Below, in pieces: positions 47,400 to 57,584 of a stretch of 64,000 nt of DNA; position 1 is the first letter of the stretch; each line of letters starts with the position of its first letter. The notes beneath the pieces are model-generated. The model made no database searches and had not been told where the DNA came from. It was given only the letters and a program-made list of their open reading frames with translations. The DNA is from Geopsychrobacteraceae bacterium (GTDB lineage: Bacteria; Desulfobacterota; Desulfuromonadia; Desulfuromonadales; Geopsychrobacteraceae), in NCBI GenBank assembly GCA_963662315.1, contig OY759353.1, positions 4,544,001 through 4,608,000 on the forward strand, given 5' to 3'. A program made the translations under genes and the position numbers.

Positions 47400-49118
47400 A
47401 TGCGCTATTCTCAATACCTTCTGCCTACTCTAAAAGAGACCCCTGCCGACGCTGAAGTTATCAGTCACCAGCTGATGATGCGTGCTGGTATGATCCGCAA
47501 GGTTGCTGCCGGAGTGTACAATTATATGCCTTTCGGTCTGCGTTCTATTCGCAAAATGGAGCAGATTATCCGAGAAGAGATGAACAAAGCAGGGGCTATC
47601 GAGTGCCTGATGCCGATGGCAAACCCCGGGGAACTGTGGCAGGAGTCGGGACGCTGGGAAAAGTATGGCAAAGAACTGTTGCGCTTCAAGGATCGTAAAA
47701 ATGCCGACTTCTGCATGGGACCAACCCATGAAGAGGTGGTTACCGATATCGTACGGAATACGGTTAATTCCTATCGTCAGCTGCCGCTGAATCTGTATCA
47801 GATTCAGACCAAGTTCCGGGATGAAATCAGACCCCGTTTCGGACTGATGCGGGGGCGTGAATTTATTATGAAAGACGCGTATTCTTTTGATATTGATGAT
47901 GCCGGAGCAGATAAATCTTACGCAAAAATGTACCAGGCTTATCGTAATATTTTTAACCGTTGTGGTTTGAAATTTCGCGCCGTTGAGGCCGACAGCGGTG
48001 CCATCGGTGGCAGCTTCTCCCATGAATTCATGGTTCTGGCCGAATCGGGGGAAGATGGCATCGTCTCCTGTGATACCTGCGAGTATGCCGCCAATATTGA
48101 AAAGGCTGAATTGTATTATCGTGATATGGAAACCGCAACAGCTACTGCGCCATTGCAGAAAATCGATACTCCCGATCAGCGAACTATCGAAGATGTTGCG
48201 GACTTTCTCAACGTGACTGCCCAGCAACTGGTCAAAACACTTATTGTTCAGACCTCCAAGGATGAAGTTGTTGCTGTCCTGCTGCGCGGTGATCGTGAAC
48301 TCAATTCAATCAAACTGGCTAACTTGTTGGACGTCGACTGGGCGCTGCTTGCTGAGGATGATGTTATCCGTCAGGTCACCGCTGCTCCGGTTGGTTTTGC
48401 TGGTCCGATTGGCTTGACCATTCCGGTGTATGCTGATAGCGAAGTTCGCGGCATGGCTGACTTTGTGGTCGGAGGTAACGCTGCTGATGTCCATTATATA
48501 GGCGCTAATCATGGGCGCGATTTTGCGGTAACCCGCTTTGCTGATATACGCCAGGCGGTTGCCGGGGACCCCTGCCCACGCTGCGATGGTGGGAAATTTG
48601 AAAGCTGGCGGGGAATTGAGGTTGGTCATGTCTTTAAGCTTGGTACCAAATACTCAGATGCCATGAATGCCACGGTTCTTAACGATAAAGGACAGGCTCA
48701 ATCGTTGGTTATGGGGTGTTACGGCATCGGTGTTGGCCGTACTGTTGCCGCAGCGATCGAACAGAATCATGATGAAAATGGCCTGATGCTGCCGATGCCT
48801 CTTGCTCCTTTTCAGGTGCTTGTGTGTATGCTTAATCCCAAGGATGATGAAGTTCGTGAAGCGGCTGAAAAGCTTTACGCTGAATTGGAAAGCGTTGGGA
48901 TCGAGGTCCTGCTTGATGATCGCGATGAAAGACCGGGGATCAAGTTCAAGGATGCAGACCTGATCGGTATTCCTTTGCGTGTTACCGTCGGAGCCCGAAC
49001 CCTTAAGGAAGGCAATGTTGAGCTCAAGGCCAGAGCGACTGGAGAACAGACTGAGGTTGCTGTCGACAAGATTGTCAATAAGTTGGAACAGCTGGTTGCC
49101 GAGGGGTTGAATTTTTAA
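47400..49118 (+). CDS. proS: Proline--tRNA ligase
   Basis: GPTHEE, FRDEIRPRFGLMRGREF, INS editing domain, GIEVGH, MGCYGIG. Confidence 0.97.
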   Translation: MRYSQYLLPTLKETPADAEVISHQLMMRAGMIRKVAAGVYNYMPFGLRSIRKMEQIIREEMNKAGAIECLMPMANPGELWQESGRWEKYGKELLRFKDRKNADFCMGPTHEEVVTDIVRNTVNSYRQLPLNLYQIQTKFRDEIRPRFGLMRGREFIMKDAYSFDIDDAGADKSYAKMYQAYRNIFNRCGLKFRAVEADSGAIGGSFSHEFMVLAESGEDGIVSCDTCEYAANIEKAELYYRDMETATATAPLQKIDTPDQRTIEDVADFLNVTAQQLVKTLIVQTSKDEVVAVLLRGDRELNSIKLANLLDVDWALLAEDDVIRQVTAAPVGFAGPIGLTIPVYADSEVRGMADFVVGGNAADVHYIGANHGRDFAVTRFADIRQAVAGDPCPRCDGGKFESWRGIEVGHVFKLGTKYSDAMNATVLNDKGQAQSLVMGCYGIGVGRTVAAAIEQNHDENGLMLPMPLAPFQVLVCMLNPKDDEVREAAEKLYAELESVGIEVLLDDRDERPGIKFKDADLIGIPLRVTVGARTLKEGNVELKARATGEQTEVAVDKIVNKLEQLVAEGLNF

Positions 49119-49210
49119 TTGGTTTGATTTTAGCACGCGCTGCAAACGCGGAATCAGGTTTTCTCGTGCGTGGAGATTGAACTAAATGGGAAGCGTAGCT
49201 AACAAAAGCA

Positions 49211-50437
49211 ATGGGTGTATTAGAAGTTAACAGCGACGGAATGTTGCGATTGCCAAAAGGTGCGGCAGTCGCTCTTAAGGGGGGAGCGCTTCAGGTCGTG
49301 TCTGTATCGACGGACCACCTGTTTCTCTGCCGACCTGATAGGGAGTCCATTGTTCAGATGGCTGGTGTTCTGGTCGATGGTTGCGTGCCTGATCTGTTGT
49401 CCTTTTTTAATATGTTCCGAAAAACAGGAGTTCTGACCTTTGAGCTTGCTGGAGGGACAAAGTCCCTATATTACCAACAAGGGGAAATCGTTTACGCGAC
49501 CAGTTCTTTTTTGAGTGAAGATCTTGGGGAGGTCCTTTTTTCACTGGGGAAGATTGAACGTAAGTTGTTACAGCATGCACGTGCTGCGGTTCGGGCCAAT
49601 ACAACACTCGCCAAAGTGCTGGTTGACCTTGGCGTCGCTACCCCGAAGGATTTGTGGATGGCGACGCGTATTCAGGTCGAGAGCATCGTTTACAGTTTGT
49701 TTGGTGTTGCTTCCGGAGGGTTTTCTTTTCAGCTCCTTGCCATTGAGCAGGAACAGATTCTTCGATTGTCCATGAGTACCCAGAACCTGATCATGGAAGG
49801 TTTGCGGCGTCAGGATGAGCGCGCCTTGTTTATGCGTAAAATTGTGTCACTCGACTACTACCCCAAGCTGACTGCTGTTGAAGGGAATGACTTGACTCAG
49901 ACTGAAGCCGGGCTACTCCGCTTGGCTCGTTCGGGAAGCTTGTCTGCTAAGGAATTGTTCCGTCGTGCAGGGGTTCACGAATTTGAGGGTCTGCGTGTTC
50001 TGCATGAGCTGATCGGCAAGCGTCTGCTGGTCATGGAAGATACGCCGAACATTGAAGTTGAAGGACCTCTTGGTGAGATACTGAACATTTATAATGTTTT
50101 GTTCCGGGGGCTGTTTGTGAAGTTGAAAGAACAGGGAGATGCTGCGGTCAGTGAGTTGGCTGATCGTTTACGTGAGTTGCCTCAGCCGTATTCCTATGTG
50201 CTGCGGGATGTGCAGTTTCAGCGTGACGGAGCTCTTGATGGACAGAAAGTTGTCGCCAACCTTGAGGGGTTGGCTGAGGGAGATCGCCGTAAGTTGCTAG
50301 CTGATGCGTTGTGTGAAGTTGCTTATGTTGAAACGATGTTACTGAGGCGTGTAATGGCTGCCGACGAGGCACGCCCTTTGATTGCCAAGGTTCAGGATGT
50401 GACGGCGAAAGTTCGTCAGCTCGTTGGAAGGGTATAG
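49211..50437 (+). CDS. DUF4388 (PatA-N-like) domain-containing protein
   Basis: AGVL..G.VPDLLSFF....KTGVL...GEIVYATS...LGEVL; MSTQNLIMEGLRRQDE. Confidence 0.75.
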   Translation: MGVLEVNSDGMLRLPKGAAVALKGGALQVVSVSTDHLFLCRPDRESIVQMAGVLVDGCVPDLLSFFNMFRKTGVLTFELAGGTKSLYYQQGEIVYATSSFLSEDLGEVLFSLGKIERKLLQHARAAVRANTTLAKVLVDLGVATPKDLWMATRIQVESIVYSLFGVASGGFSFQLLAIEQEQILRLSMSTQNLIMEGLRRQDERALFMRKIVSLDYYPKLTAVEGNDLTQTEAGLLRLARSGSLSAKELFRRAGVHEFEGLRVLHELIGKRLLVMEDTPNIEVEGPLGEILNIYNVLFRGLFVKLKEQGDAAVSELADRLRELPQPYSYVLRDVQFQRDGALDGQKVVANLEGLAEGDRRKLLADALCEVAYVETMLLRRVMAADEARPLIAKVQDVTAKVRQLVGRV

Positions 50438-50445
50438 AAATAGAT

Positions 50446-51171
50446 ATGACTGCAAAAGAAAAGCTGATCTTTGCTCTTGATGTGGATGATTTTGAAAAGG
50501 CTGAACAGTGGGTTGCTAAACTTAAGGATCAGGTTGGTATCTTTAAAGTTGGTAAGCAGCTATTTACCCGTAGCGGACCTGAAGTGGTTCGGATGATAAC
50601 CGGCTATGGTGGACAGGTTTTTCTTGATTTGAAATATCATGATATTCCCAATACTGTTGCCAAAGCCTCGGTAGAGGCATGCAAGCTTGGGGTCAAAATG
50701 TTCAATGTGCATGCTCTGGGTGGAGCAGCAATGATGGAACAGACAGTTAAAGAAGTTGATGCCTATTGTGCCGAAACCGGGTGTCAAAGGCCGATTTTGC
50801 TGGCGGTTACCGTTCTGACTTCTTCGACTGAGGAAACCCTGCGTGGCGTGGGAATTGCTCACCCGGTTGAAGATATGGTGGTGCGATTGGCGCGCCTGGC
50901 CAAAGATTCCGGTTTTGACGGCGTTGTTGCTTCACCGCGTGAGATTTCTTTAATTCGTGCGGCGTGCGGGCCCGAGTTTGCCATCGTAACTCCCGGGGTT
51001 AGACCGGCAAATGCTTCGCTAGACGACCAGAAACGTGTCATGACCCCTGCGGAAGCGATTCGTTCGGGTGCTACCGCGTTGGTTATTGGTCGTCCAATAT
51101 CTGGGGCTGCTGACCCTAGACAGGCTGCCGAAGCTATTTTGTCCGAAATTGCCAGTGCCCTAGATGTTTAG
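50446..51171 (+). CDS. pyrF: Orotidine-5'-phosphate decarboxylase
   Basis: IFALD, FLDLKYHDIPNT, VTVLTS, VTPGVR, VIGRPI. Confidence 0.97.
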   Translation: MTAKEKLIFALDVDDFEKAEQWVAKLKDQVGIFKVGKQLFTRSGPEVVRMITGYGGQVFLDLKYHDIPNTVAKASVEACKLGVKMFNVHALGGAAMMEQTVKEVDAYCAETGCQRPILLAVTVLTSSTEETLRGVGIAHPVEDMVVRLARLAKDSGFDGVVASPREISLIRAACGPEFAIVTPGVRPANASLDDQKRVMTPAEAIRSGATALVIGRPISGAADPRQAAEAILSEIASALDV

Positions 51172-51174
51172 TGT

Positions 51175-51918
51175 ATGAGCGATTTTGTTGTTGGCATAAA
51201 TCCGGTAAAAGAAACCCTGCTGCACAGTAGTCGTCAGTTGCTTGAATTGTGGATAGTCAAGGAAAAGCTGAATGAACGACTGGATGAGATTGTTGGGTTG
51301 GCCGAGCAAAAGCATCTGCCGGTTCGTCAGGTTGAACGTCGTGATCTGCAACGCTTGGCTGGGCAGGTTCCACATCAGGGGGTTCTGCTCAGGGTTGCGG
51401 CTTTTATTTACAGTGATTTGGATGATATCCTTTCACGCTGGCGGGCAAGCGGAAACGCGGCTTTTTTTTTGTTGCTCGATGGGGTAACAGATCCGCATAA
51501 TTTCGGTGCAATACTGCGGAGTGCAGAACAGGCCGGTTGTCAGGCGGTGATTGTTCCCAAGGACAGGTCATGTCCGGTCACGGCTGTTGTTGAAAAAACT
51601 GCGGCTGGGGCATTATCACATATTTCGCTATGTCAGGTTGTCAATCTGTCCAGGGCGATTGATGATCTGAAGAAAAACGGCATCTGGTGCTATGGTCTGG
51701 CAGGTGATGCCGGGGCATCGGATTTGTTCTTGTCTGATTTACGTGGCAATATCGGCCTGATAGTCGGGAGTGAGGGTCGTGGAATCAGGCCAAATGTTCG
51801 CAGTCACTGTGATGGTCTACTGGCTATTCCGATGCAAGGGCACCTTGATTCTCTTAATGCCTCTGTTGCTGTCGGAATTGCTTTGTTTGAAGTGCTGAGG
51901 CAGAATCGTCAAATATAA
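51175..51918 (+). CDS. rlmB: 23S rRNA (guanosine-2'-O)-methyltransferase RlmB
   Basis: HQGV, LDGVTDPHNFGAILRS, GSEGRG, IPM.G..DSLNASVA (SPOUT). Confidence 0.93.
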   Translation: MSDFVVGINPVKETLLHSSRQLLELWIVKEKLNERLDEIVGLAEQKHLPVRQVERRDLQRLAGQVPHQGVLLRVAAFIYSDLDDILSRWRASGNAAFFLLLDGVTDPHNFGAILRSAEQAGCQAVIVPKDRSCPVTAVVEKTAAGALSHISLCQVVNLSRAIDDLKKNGIWCYGLAGDAGASDLFLSDLRGNIGLIVGSEGRGIRPNVRSHCDGLLAIPMQGHLDSLNASVAVGIALFEVLRQNRQI

Positions 51919-52017
51919 ATGGCTCTGTGCTGAGCAGGTGAGAGCTGAGTCCTTTGCTCGGTGGAAACATAAACAGGTATATAGCTGAGAATAATTTGTA
52001 ATAATGAATTTTCTTGG

Positions 52018-52046
52018 TTGACACCTTGGTTATGATGCTCTATAAC
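52018..52046 (+). promoter_or_regulatory. Sigma-70 promoter P1 of the tRNA-tuf operon
   Basis: TTGACA-17-TATAAC followed by a C-rich discriminator; AT-rich upstream. Confidence 0.75.
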
Positions 52047-52098
52047 TCCCCCCTGTTGTCACGCACAACGGGCAAGGAATAAAAGATGATTTTTTTTC

Positions 52099-52127
52099 TT
52101 GCTTTTGCGGAAAAGCTGGGTTATAAA
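52099..52127 (+). promoter_or_regulatory. Sigma-70 promoter P2 of the tRNA-tuf operon
   Basis: TTGCTT-17-TATAAA with a GC-rich discriminator just before tRNA-Thr. Confidence 0.65.
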
Positions 52128-52138
52128 GCCCGTCCTGT

Positions 52139-52214
<76 letters not shown>

Positions 52215-52267
52215 GTTGTAAAACCGGGTAAGCCCGACAATTGAATAATGTAAGATAAGGTTCCCCT

Positions 52268-52352
<85 letters not shown>

Positions 52353-52473
52353 TTGAATCTTGCCGGACAAAGCACGAATCTCTGTTTGCGCCAGGAGGTA
52401 GATACCGTATGAACTGGGACAGGGGGCGATAGTAGAGTCCTGAATGCACAGTGAAGATTGACGACGAGTTTGG

Positions 52474-52550
52474 GCGGGAGTAGCTCAGCTGGCTAGAGCA
52501 TTAGCCTTCCAAGCTAAGGGTCGCGGGTTCGAATCCCGTTTCCCGCTCCA
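52474..52550 (+). tRNA. tRNA-Gly(TCC)
   Basis: CT-TCC-AA, GGTTCGAATCC, CCA. Confidence 0.97.
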
Positions 52551-52577
52551 TTAAAACTCCGTCAGAAAAAGGAATAA

Positions 52578-52653
<76 letters not shown>

Positions 52654-52756
52654 GTCCGATTTCTGCGGATTTTCGTGTTCGCAATTTTGTATACTAACTC
52701 AATAGGCGCCTAGCGCGGCACACATTTAGACGAAAGACAACAAGGGAGGTTCTATT

Positions 52757-53950
52757 ATGTCCAAGGAAAAATTTGAGAGGACAAAACCGCACGTCAATAT
52801 CGGGACCATTGGTCACGTTGACCACGGTAAAACCACACTGACTGCAGCAATCACCAAAGTTCTTGCCGAGAAAATGGGCAAGGGTGAATTTAAGGCTTTT
52901 GACCAGATCGATAATGCTCCGGAAGAGCGCGAGCGTGGTATTACCATTGCAACCGCCCACGTTGAGTATGAGACCGATGCTCGTCACTATGCTCACGTTG
53001 ACTGCCCGGGCCACGCCGATTATGTTAAAAACATGATCACCGGTGCTGCCCAGATGGACGGTGCTATTCTTGTTGTTTCTGCTGCTGATGGCCCAATGCC
53101 ACAGACTCGTGAGCACATCCTGCTCGCTCGTCAGGTTGGTGTTCCTGCCATGGTTGTTTTTCTGAATAAAGCCGACATGGTTGATGACGAAGAACTGCTT
53201 GAGCTGGTTGATATGGAAATTCGTGAGCTGCTGTCCAGCTACGACTTCCCTGGTGATGATATTCCAATTGTTGCCGGTTCTGCCCTTGCTGCTCTCGAAG
53301 GCCGTGACGACGAAATCGGTAAGAACAAGGTTATCGAGTTGATGGATGCTGTTGATAGCTACATCCCTGAGCCAGAGCGTGCTATTGACAAGCCGTTCTT
53401 GATGCCTGTTGAAGATGTCTTCTCCATCTCCGGTCGTGGTACTGTTGCTACCGGTCGTGTTGAGAGTGGTATCGTTAAGGTTCAAGAGGAAGTTGAAATC
53501 GTCGGTATGAAAGCAACAACCAAAACTGTTGTTACCGGTGTTGAAATGTTCCGTAAGCTGCTGGATCAAGGTCAGGCAGGTGATAACGTTGGTATTCTGC
53601 TGCGCGGTGTCAAGCGTGAGGATATTGAGCGTGGTCAAGTTCTGTGTAAGCCGGGTTCCATTAAGCCGCACACCAAATTTAAGGCTGAGGCCTATATCCT
53701 GACCAAGGAAGAGGGTGGTCGTCATACCCCATTCTTCAAAGGATACCGTCCTCAGTTCTACTTCCGTACCACTGACGTGACCGGCATTGTCGAGCTTCCG
53801 GAAGGAACCGAAATGGTAATGCCTGGCGATAATATTGCGATGACAGTTGATCTGATCACTCCGATCGCAATGGATAAAGAACTGCGCTTTGCTATCCGCG
53901 AAGGTGGCCGTACTGTCGGCGCCGGCGTTGTTAGTGAAGTTATTGCTTAA
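52757..53950 (+). CDS. tuf: Elongation factor Tu
   Basis: [26 protein letters not shown]. Confidence 0.99.
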   Translation: MSKEKFERTKPHVNIGTIGHVDHGKTTLTAAITKVLAEKMGKGEFKAFDQIDNAPEERERGITIATAHVEYETDARHYAHVDCPGHADYVKNMITGAAQMDGAILVVSAADGPMPQTREHILLARQVGVPAMVVFLNKADMVDDEELLELVDMEIRELLSSYDFPGDDIPIVAGSALAALEGRDDEIGKNKVIELMDAVDSYIPEPERAIDKPFLMPVEDVFSISGRGTVATGRVESGIVKVQEEVEIVGMKATTKTVVTGVEMFRKLLDQGQAGDNVGILLRGVKREDIERGQVLCKPGSIKPHTKFKAEAYILTKEEGGRHTPFFKGYRPQFYFRTTDVTGIVELPEGTEMVMPGDNIAMTVDLITPIAMDKELRFAIREGGRTVGAGVVSEVIA

Positions 53951-54014
53951 TAGGCTTTTATAGCGAGATAACCCCTCCTGGCTGCGGTCGGGAGGGGACT
54001 ATGAGGTTAAGGTT

Positions 54015-54164
54015 ATGCGTGACATTGTCACTCTTGCGTGCACTGAGTGCAAGCAGCGGAATTATACGACCACTAAAAATAAGAAGAATACTCCTGACAA
54101 GCTGGAGTTCAGTAAGTACTGCCGGTTCTGTCGTAAGCATACGCCTCACAAAGAAACAAAGTAA
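54015..54164 (+). CDS. rpmG: 50S ribosomal protein L33 (Zn-ribbon form); below the ORF-track cutoff
   Basis: [49 protein letters not shown]. Confidence 0.97.
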   Translation: MRDIVTLACTECKQRNYTTTKNKKNTPDKLEFSKYCRFCRKHTPHKETK

Positions 54165-54198
54165 TTAGGTGGCAGAACGAGCTTAGGGTTTACCTTGC

Positions 54199-54275
54199 AG
54201 GCCAGTAGCTCGAATTGGTAGAGCACCGGACTCCAAATCCGGGTGTTGGGGGTTCGAGTCCCTCCTGGCCTGCCA
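54199..54275 (+). tRNA. tRNA-Trp(CCA)
   Basis: CT-CCA-AA, GGTTCGAGTCC, CCA; canonical position before secE. Confidence 0.97.
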
Positions 54276-54311
54276 GCCTTAAATAAAACACTGCAGTGAG
54301 GCCTAGAAAAG

Positions 54312-54497
54312 ATGATTGGAAAGACAAATCAATTTTTAGCCAACGTCAAATCAGAGCTGAATAAGGTTACGTGGCCGTCTAAAAAAGACACTTATGGTTC
54401 CACTGCGGTGGTCATAGTGTTGGTTTTGCTCTGTGCGGTCTTTCTTGGGGGTGTTGATATAATTCTCTCGCGCCTTATCCGTCTTATCCTCGGTTGA
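54312..54497 (+). CDS. secE: Preprotein translocase subunit SecE
   Basis: ELNKVTWPS plus a single TM helix; synteny. Confidence 0.95.
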   Translation: MIGKTNQFLANVKSELNKVTWPSKKDTYGSTAVVIVLVLLCAVFLGGVDIILSRLIRLILG

Positions 54498-54516
54498 GGA
54501 GAAAGCGTCTGAAGTT

Positions 54517-55050
54517 ATGGCGATGAAATGGTACGGTGTGCATACGTACTCCGGGTATGAGAATAAGGTCAAGCTGAGTCTGGAAGAGCGTATCAGATCG
54601 ATGGGCGTTGAGGATCAGTTTGATGAGGTCTTGATACCTTCGGAGACGGTCGTTGAGATGAGAAAGGGTGAGCGTAAAACGTCCACCCGAAAATTTTTTC
54701 CGGGGTATATCCTCGTAAAAATGGAGTTGAATGACGAAACCTGGCATGTTGTTACGGGTACCACTAAGGTAACAGGTTTTGTTGGTGGTGGTCAGAATCC
54801 CCCGTCAATTCCGGAAGCAGAAGTTGACAAGATTACCAACCGCATGGAGGAAGGGGTTGAAAAGCCCAAGCCAAAAGTTGAATTTGAGGTTGGTGAGACC
54901 GTTCGTGTTGTAGACGGTCCGTTCTTGAACTTTACCGGTGTTGTTGAGGATGTGCGTCCTGATCGTGGCACGCTTAAAGTTATGGTTAGTATATTCGGCC
55001 GGGTAACACCGGTTGAGTTAGAATTTATACAGGTCGAAAAAACCAGCTGA
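54517..55050 (+). CDS. nusG: Transcription termination/antitermination factor NusG
   Basis: WYGVHTYSGYE, FFPGYILV, KOW VRVVDGPF. Confidence 0.98.
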   Translation: MAMKWYGVHTYSGYENKVKLSLEERIRSMGVEDQFDEVLIPSETVVEMRKGERKTSTRKFFPGYILVKMELNDETWHVVTGTTKVTGFVGGGQNPPSIPEAEVDKITNRMEEGVEKPKPKVEFEVGETVRVVDGPFLNFTGVVEDVRPDRGTLKVMVSIFGRVTPVELEFIQVEKTS

Positions 55051-55051
55051 G

Positions 55052-55085
55052 CTGGGAGAACGTAAGTTCGTTTAAGGAGTCCAGT
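55052..55085 (+). promoter_or_regulatory. Possible L1-binding autoregulatory leader of rplK
   Basis: CTGG-GAG...CCAG stem with an internal loop enclosing the rplK RBS. Confidence 0.35.
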
Positions 55086-55086
55086 A

Positions 55087-55509
55087 ATGGCCAAGAAAGT
55101 TGTCGGACAGATTAAATTGCAGATCCCTGCCGGTAAGGCAAACCCATCGCCGCCAGTTGGTCCCGCGTTGGGTCAACATGGGGTCAATATTATGGAGTTT
55201 TGTAAGGCTTATAATGCAAGAACCGCTGACCAGGAAGGTTTGATTATTCCGGTTGTGATCACGGTTTATGCTGACCGGTCTTTCTCATTTATTACCAAAA
55301 CTCCCCCTGCTTCCGTTCTCCTGTTGCGTGCGGCGGGCTTGAAAAGTGGCTCAGGCGTTCCGAATAAGAACAAAGTTGGCAAGGTCACCAAGGATCAAGT
55401 ACTTGAGATCGCTCGACTGAAAATGCCAGACCTCAATGCTTTCTCTGAAGAGGCGGCAGTCCGCATTATTGAAGGTACTGCTCGCAGTATGGGAATTGAA
55501 GTCGCCTGA
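55087..55509 (+). CDS. rplK: 50S ribosomal protein L11
   Basis: [22 protein letters not shown]. Confidence 0.98.
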   Translation: MAKKVVGQIKLQIPAGKANPSPPVGPALGQHGVNIMEFCKAYNARTADQEGLIIPVVITVYADRSFSFITKTPPASVLLLRAAGLKSGSGVPNKNKVGKVTKDQVLEIARLKMPDLNAFSEEAAVRIIEGTARSMGIEVA

Positions 55510-55535
55510 TTTGGCGTATAAGTGGAGATATACAG

Positions 55536-56237
55536 ATGGCAACAGGTAAAAATATCAAGAACGCAAAAGCGCAGATCGATCGTTCTCGCTTTTATGGAAT
55601 TGACGAAGCTCTTGAATTGGTAAAGCAGGGAGCTTTTGCAAAGTTTGATGAGACTGTGGATGTCAGTGTCAGACTTGGTGTCGATCCGCGTAAAGCAGAT
55701 CAGATGGTGCGTGGCGCCGTTGTCCTCCCTAATGGTCTTGGTAAGGCAGTCAGGGTCCTCGTTTTTGCTAAAGGTGAAAAAGCTCAGGAGGCACTTGATG
55801 CTGGTGCTGATTTTGTCGGTGCTGAAGACCTTGCAGAAAAAATTCAAGGTGGCTGGTTTGAATTTGACACCGCTATCGCTTCACCGGATATGATGGGTGT
55901 TGTCGGTAAAATTGGTCGGGTTCTTGGGCCTCGTGGCTTGATGCCTAACCCTAAGGTTGGTACCGTAACTCTTGACGTTGCTCGTGCTGTTAATGAGGCA
56001 AAATCCGGCAAGATTGAATATCGAGTTGAAAAAGCGGGTATTGTTCATGCGCCAGTAGGTAAGGTGTCTTTTGACGCTGATAAATTAAAAGAGAATATTA
56101 TTTCTCTGCTTGATGTCCTTGTTAAGGCCAAGCCTTCTACTGCAAAAGGGACATATCTTAAAAAGATCTCTTTGTCTAGCACCATGGGCGCAGGGATTAA
56201 TATTGATATACCGCAAGTTCAGGCTCTGATTAAGTAA
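55536..56237 (+). CDS. rplA: 50S ribosomal protein L1
   Basis: [21 protein letters not shown]. Confidence 0.98.
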   Translation: MATGKNIKNAKAQIDRSRFYGIDEALELVKQGAFAKFDETVDVSVRLGVDPRKADQMVRGAVVLPNGLGKAVRVLVFAKGEKAQEALDAGADFVGAEDLAEKIQGGWFEFDTAIASPDMMGVVGKIGRVLGPRGLMPNPKVGTVTLDVARAVNEAKSGKIEYRVEKAGIVHAPVGKVSFDADKLKENIISLLDVLVKAKPSTAKGTYLKKISLSSTMGAGINIDIPQVQALIK

Positions 56238-56258
56238 GATCAGAACCTGATAGCTCTA

Positions 56259-56354
56259 AGTCAAAGACAGCAGGCACAGTAAGTTTAATGGTTCGCCACC
56301 TGCCGAGGCTCAAGGGTGTGAGCGACACAGTCGTTGACCTCCCTCATGTTGACT
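56259..56354 (+). promoter_or_regulatory. Ribosomal protein L10 leader
   Basis: AGTCAAAGACAGCAGG...CCTGCCGAGG...TTGACT in the rplA-rplJ gap. Confidence 0.75.
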
Positions 56355-56399
56355 AGGGCGGGATAGTATCCCAAGATCCTAAAGAAAGGAGGAGAGTTC

Positions 56400-56918
56400 A
56401 TGAATAGAACAGAAAAAGAACAAGTTATTCAGGAGTTGTCTCAGCTTTTGGCTGACACTCCCGCAGCATTTCTTGCTGATTATCGTGGTATTAATGTTGA
56501 GCAGGCTACTGCTCTGCGCCGCCAACTGACCGAAGCTGGCGTTCAATATCGTGTTGTCAAAAACAACCTGTTGAAACTGGCTGCGAAGGGTACTCCTGCT
56601 GAAGGGCTGCAGGCATTTTGTGCAGGTCCTACAGCAGTTGCTATCGCGGGTGCTGATCCGGTAGCTCCGGCCAAGATCCTGAGCAAATTTGCTAAGGATG
56701 TCGAGGCTTTCGATCTTAAGGCTGGTGTACTTGGTGGGAAAGTGCTCAGTGTTGCTGATATTTCAGCGCTGGCTGATCTGCCAAGTCGTGAAGAGCTGCT
56801 TGCTAAAGCTCTTAGCTGCATGAATGCACCTGCTTCCAACTTTGTTGGTACTATGGCTGCAATTCCGCGGTCTCTTGTTCAAGTGCTTAACGCAATTGGC
56901 CAGGCCAAGGCTGCGTAA
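56400..56918 (+). CDS. rplJ: 50S ribosomal protein L10
   Basis: DYRG, VVKNNL, GPTA, LPSREEL. Confidence 0.97.
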   Translation: MNRTEKEQVIQELSQLLADTPAAFLADYRGINVEQATALRRQLTEAGVQYRVVKNNLLKLAAKGTPAEGLQAFCAGPTAVAIAGADPVAPAKILSKFAKDVEAFDLKAGVLGGKVLSVADISALADLPSREELLAKALSCMNAPASNFVGTMAAIPRSLVQVLNAIGQAKAA

Positions 56919-56964
56919 TTAATCTATACACAATAATTTTAAAAAAATATATTCGGAGGAAGAA

Positions 56965-57342
56965 ATGGCTGATATTACTAAAGAGCAAGTTGTAGAATTT
57001 TTGAAGGGTATGACCGTACTGGAAATGTCTGAGTTCGTTAAGGAACTGGAAGAAATTTTTGGTGTTTCTGCCGCTGCTCCAGTAGCTGTTGCTGCTGCTC
57101 CTGCGGCTGCTGCTGAAGCTGCTGAAGAAAAAGACGAGTTCGATGTTATCCTGACCAGCGCCGGTGACAAGAAAATCAATGTTATCAAAGTTGTTCGTGC
57201 TATTACTGGTCTTGGCCTCAAAGAAGCCAAAGACATGGTTGATGGTGCTCCTAGCACTGTTAAGGAAGCTGCTTCTAAAGCTGAAGCAGAAGACATCAAA
57301 AAGCAGCTTGAAGAAGCTGGTGCTGGTGTGGAGCTGAAGTAG
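56965..57342 (+). CDS. rplL: 50S ribosomal protein L7/L12
   Basis: Ala-rich hinge, [20 protein letters not shown]. Confidence 0.98.
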   Translation: MADITKEQVVEFLKGMTVLEMSEFVKELEEIFGVSAAAPVAVAAAPAAAAEAAEEKDEFDVILTSAGDKKINVIKVVRAITGLGLKEAKDMVDGAPSTVKEAASKAEAEDIKKQLEEAGAGVELK

Positions 57343-57365
57343 AGCTTAAGCCAATAGAAGGTTAC

Positions 57366-57397
57366 TAGCCAAGGTCACCCCTGTGTGGCCTTGGCTA
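57366..57397 (+). terminator. rplL-rpoB terminator/attenuator hairpin
   Basis: TAGCCAAGGTCAC / GTGGCCTTGGCTA. Confidence 0.7.
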
Positions 57398-57584
57398 TTC
57401 TCGTTGTCAGCTCAGGGTCATGTGGCTCTGGGTGTTCTTGTTTGTAGTTCTTGACACTGGAGATTGTCTTCAGCTGTTGCTTGTATGATTTTTGTTCACA
57501 GGTTGTTCTTGGTCATACTAGAGTGGTGTCGTGTCTGCCTGGACCTTGTTTCCCGGTCCGTGATCCTGACCCAAAGGAGAAACC

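Noticed and set aside
52694..53725. 343-aa ORF antisense to tuf, and similar shadow ORFs opposite ispG, proS, rpoB and rpoC
   Set aside because: Expected artefact of codon bias in highly expressed genes; no recognisable motifs
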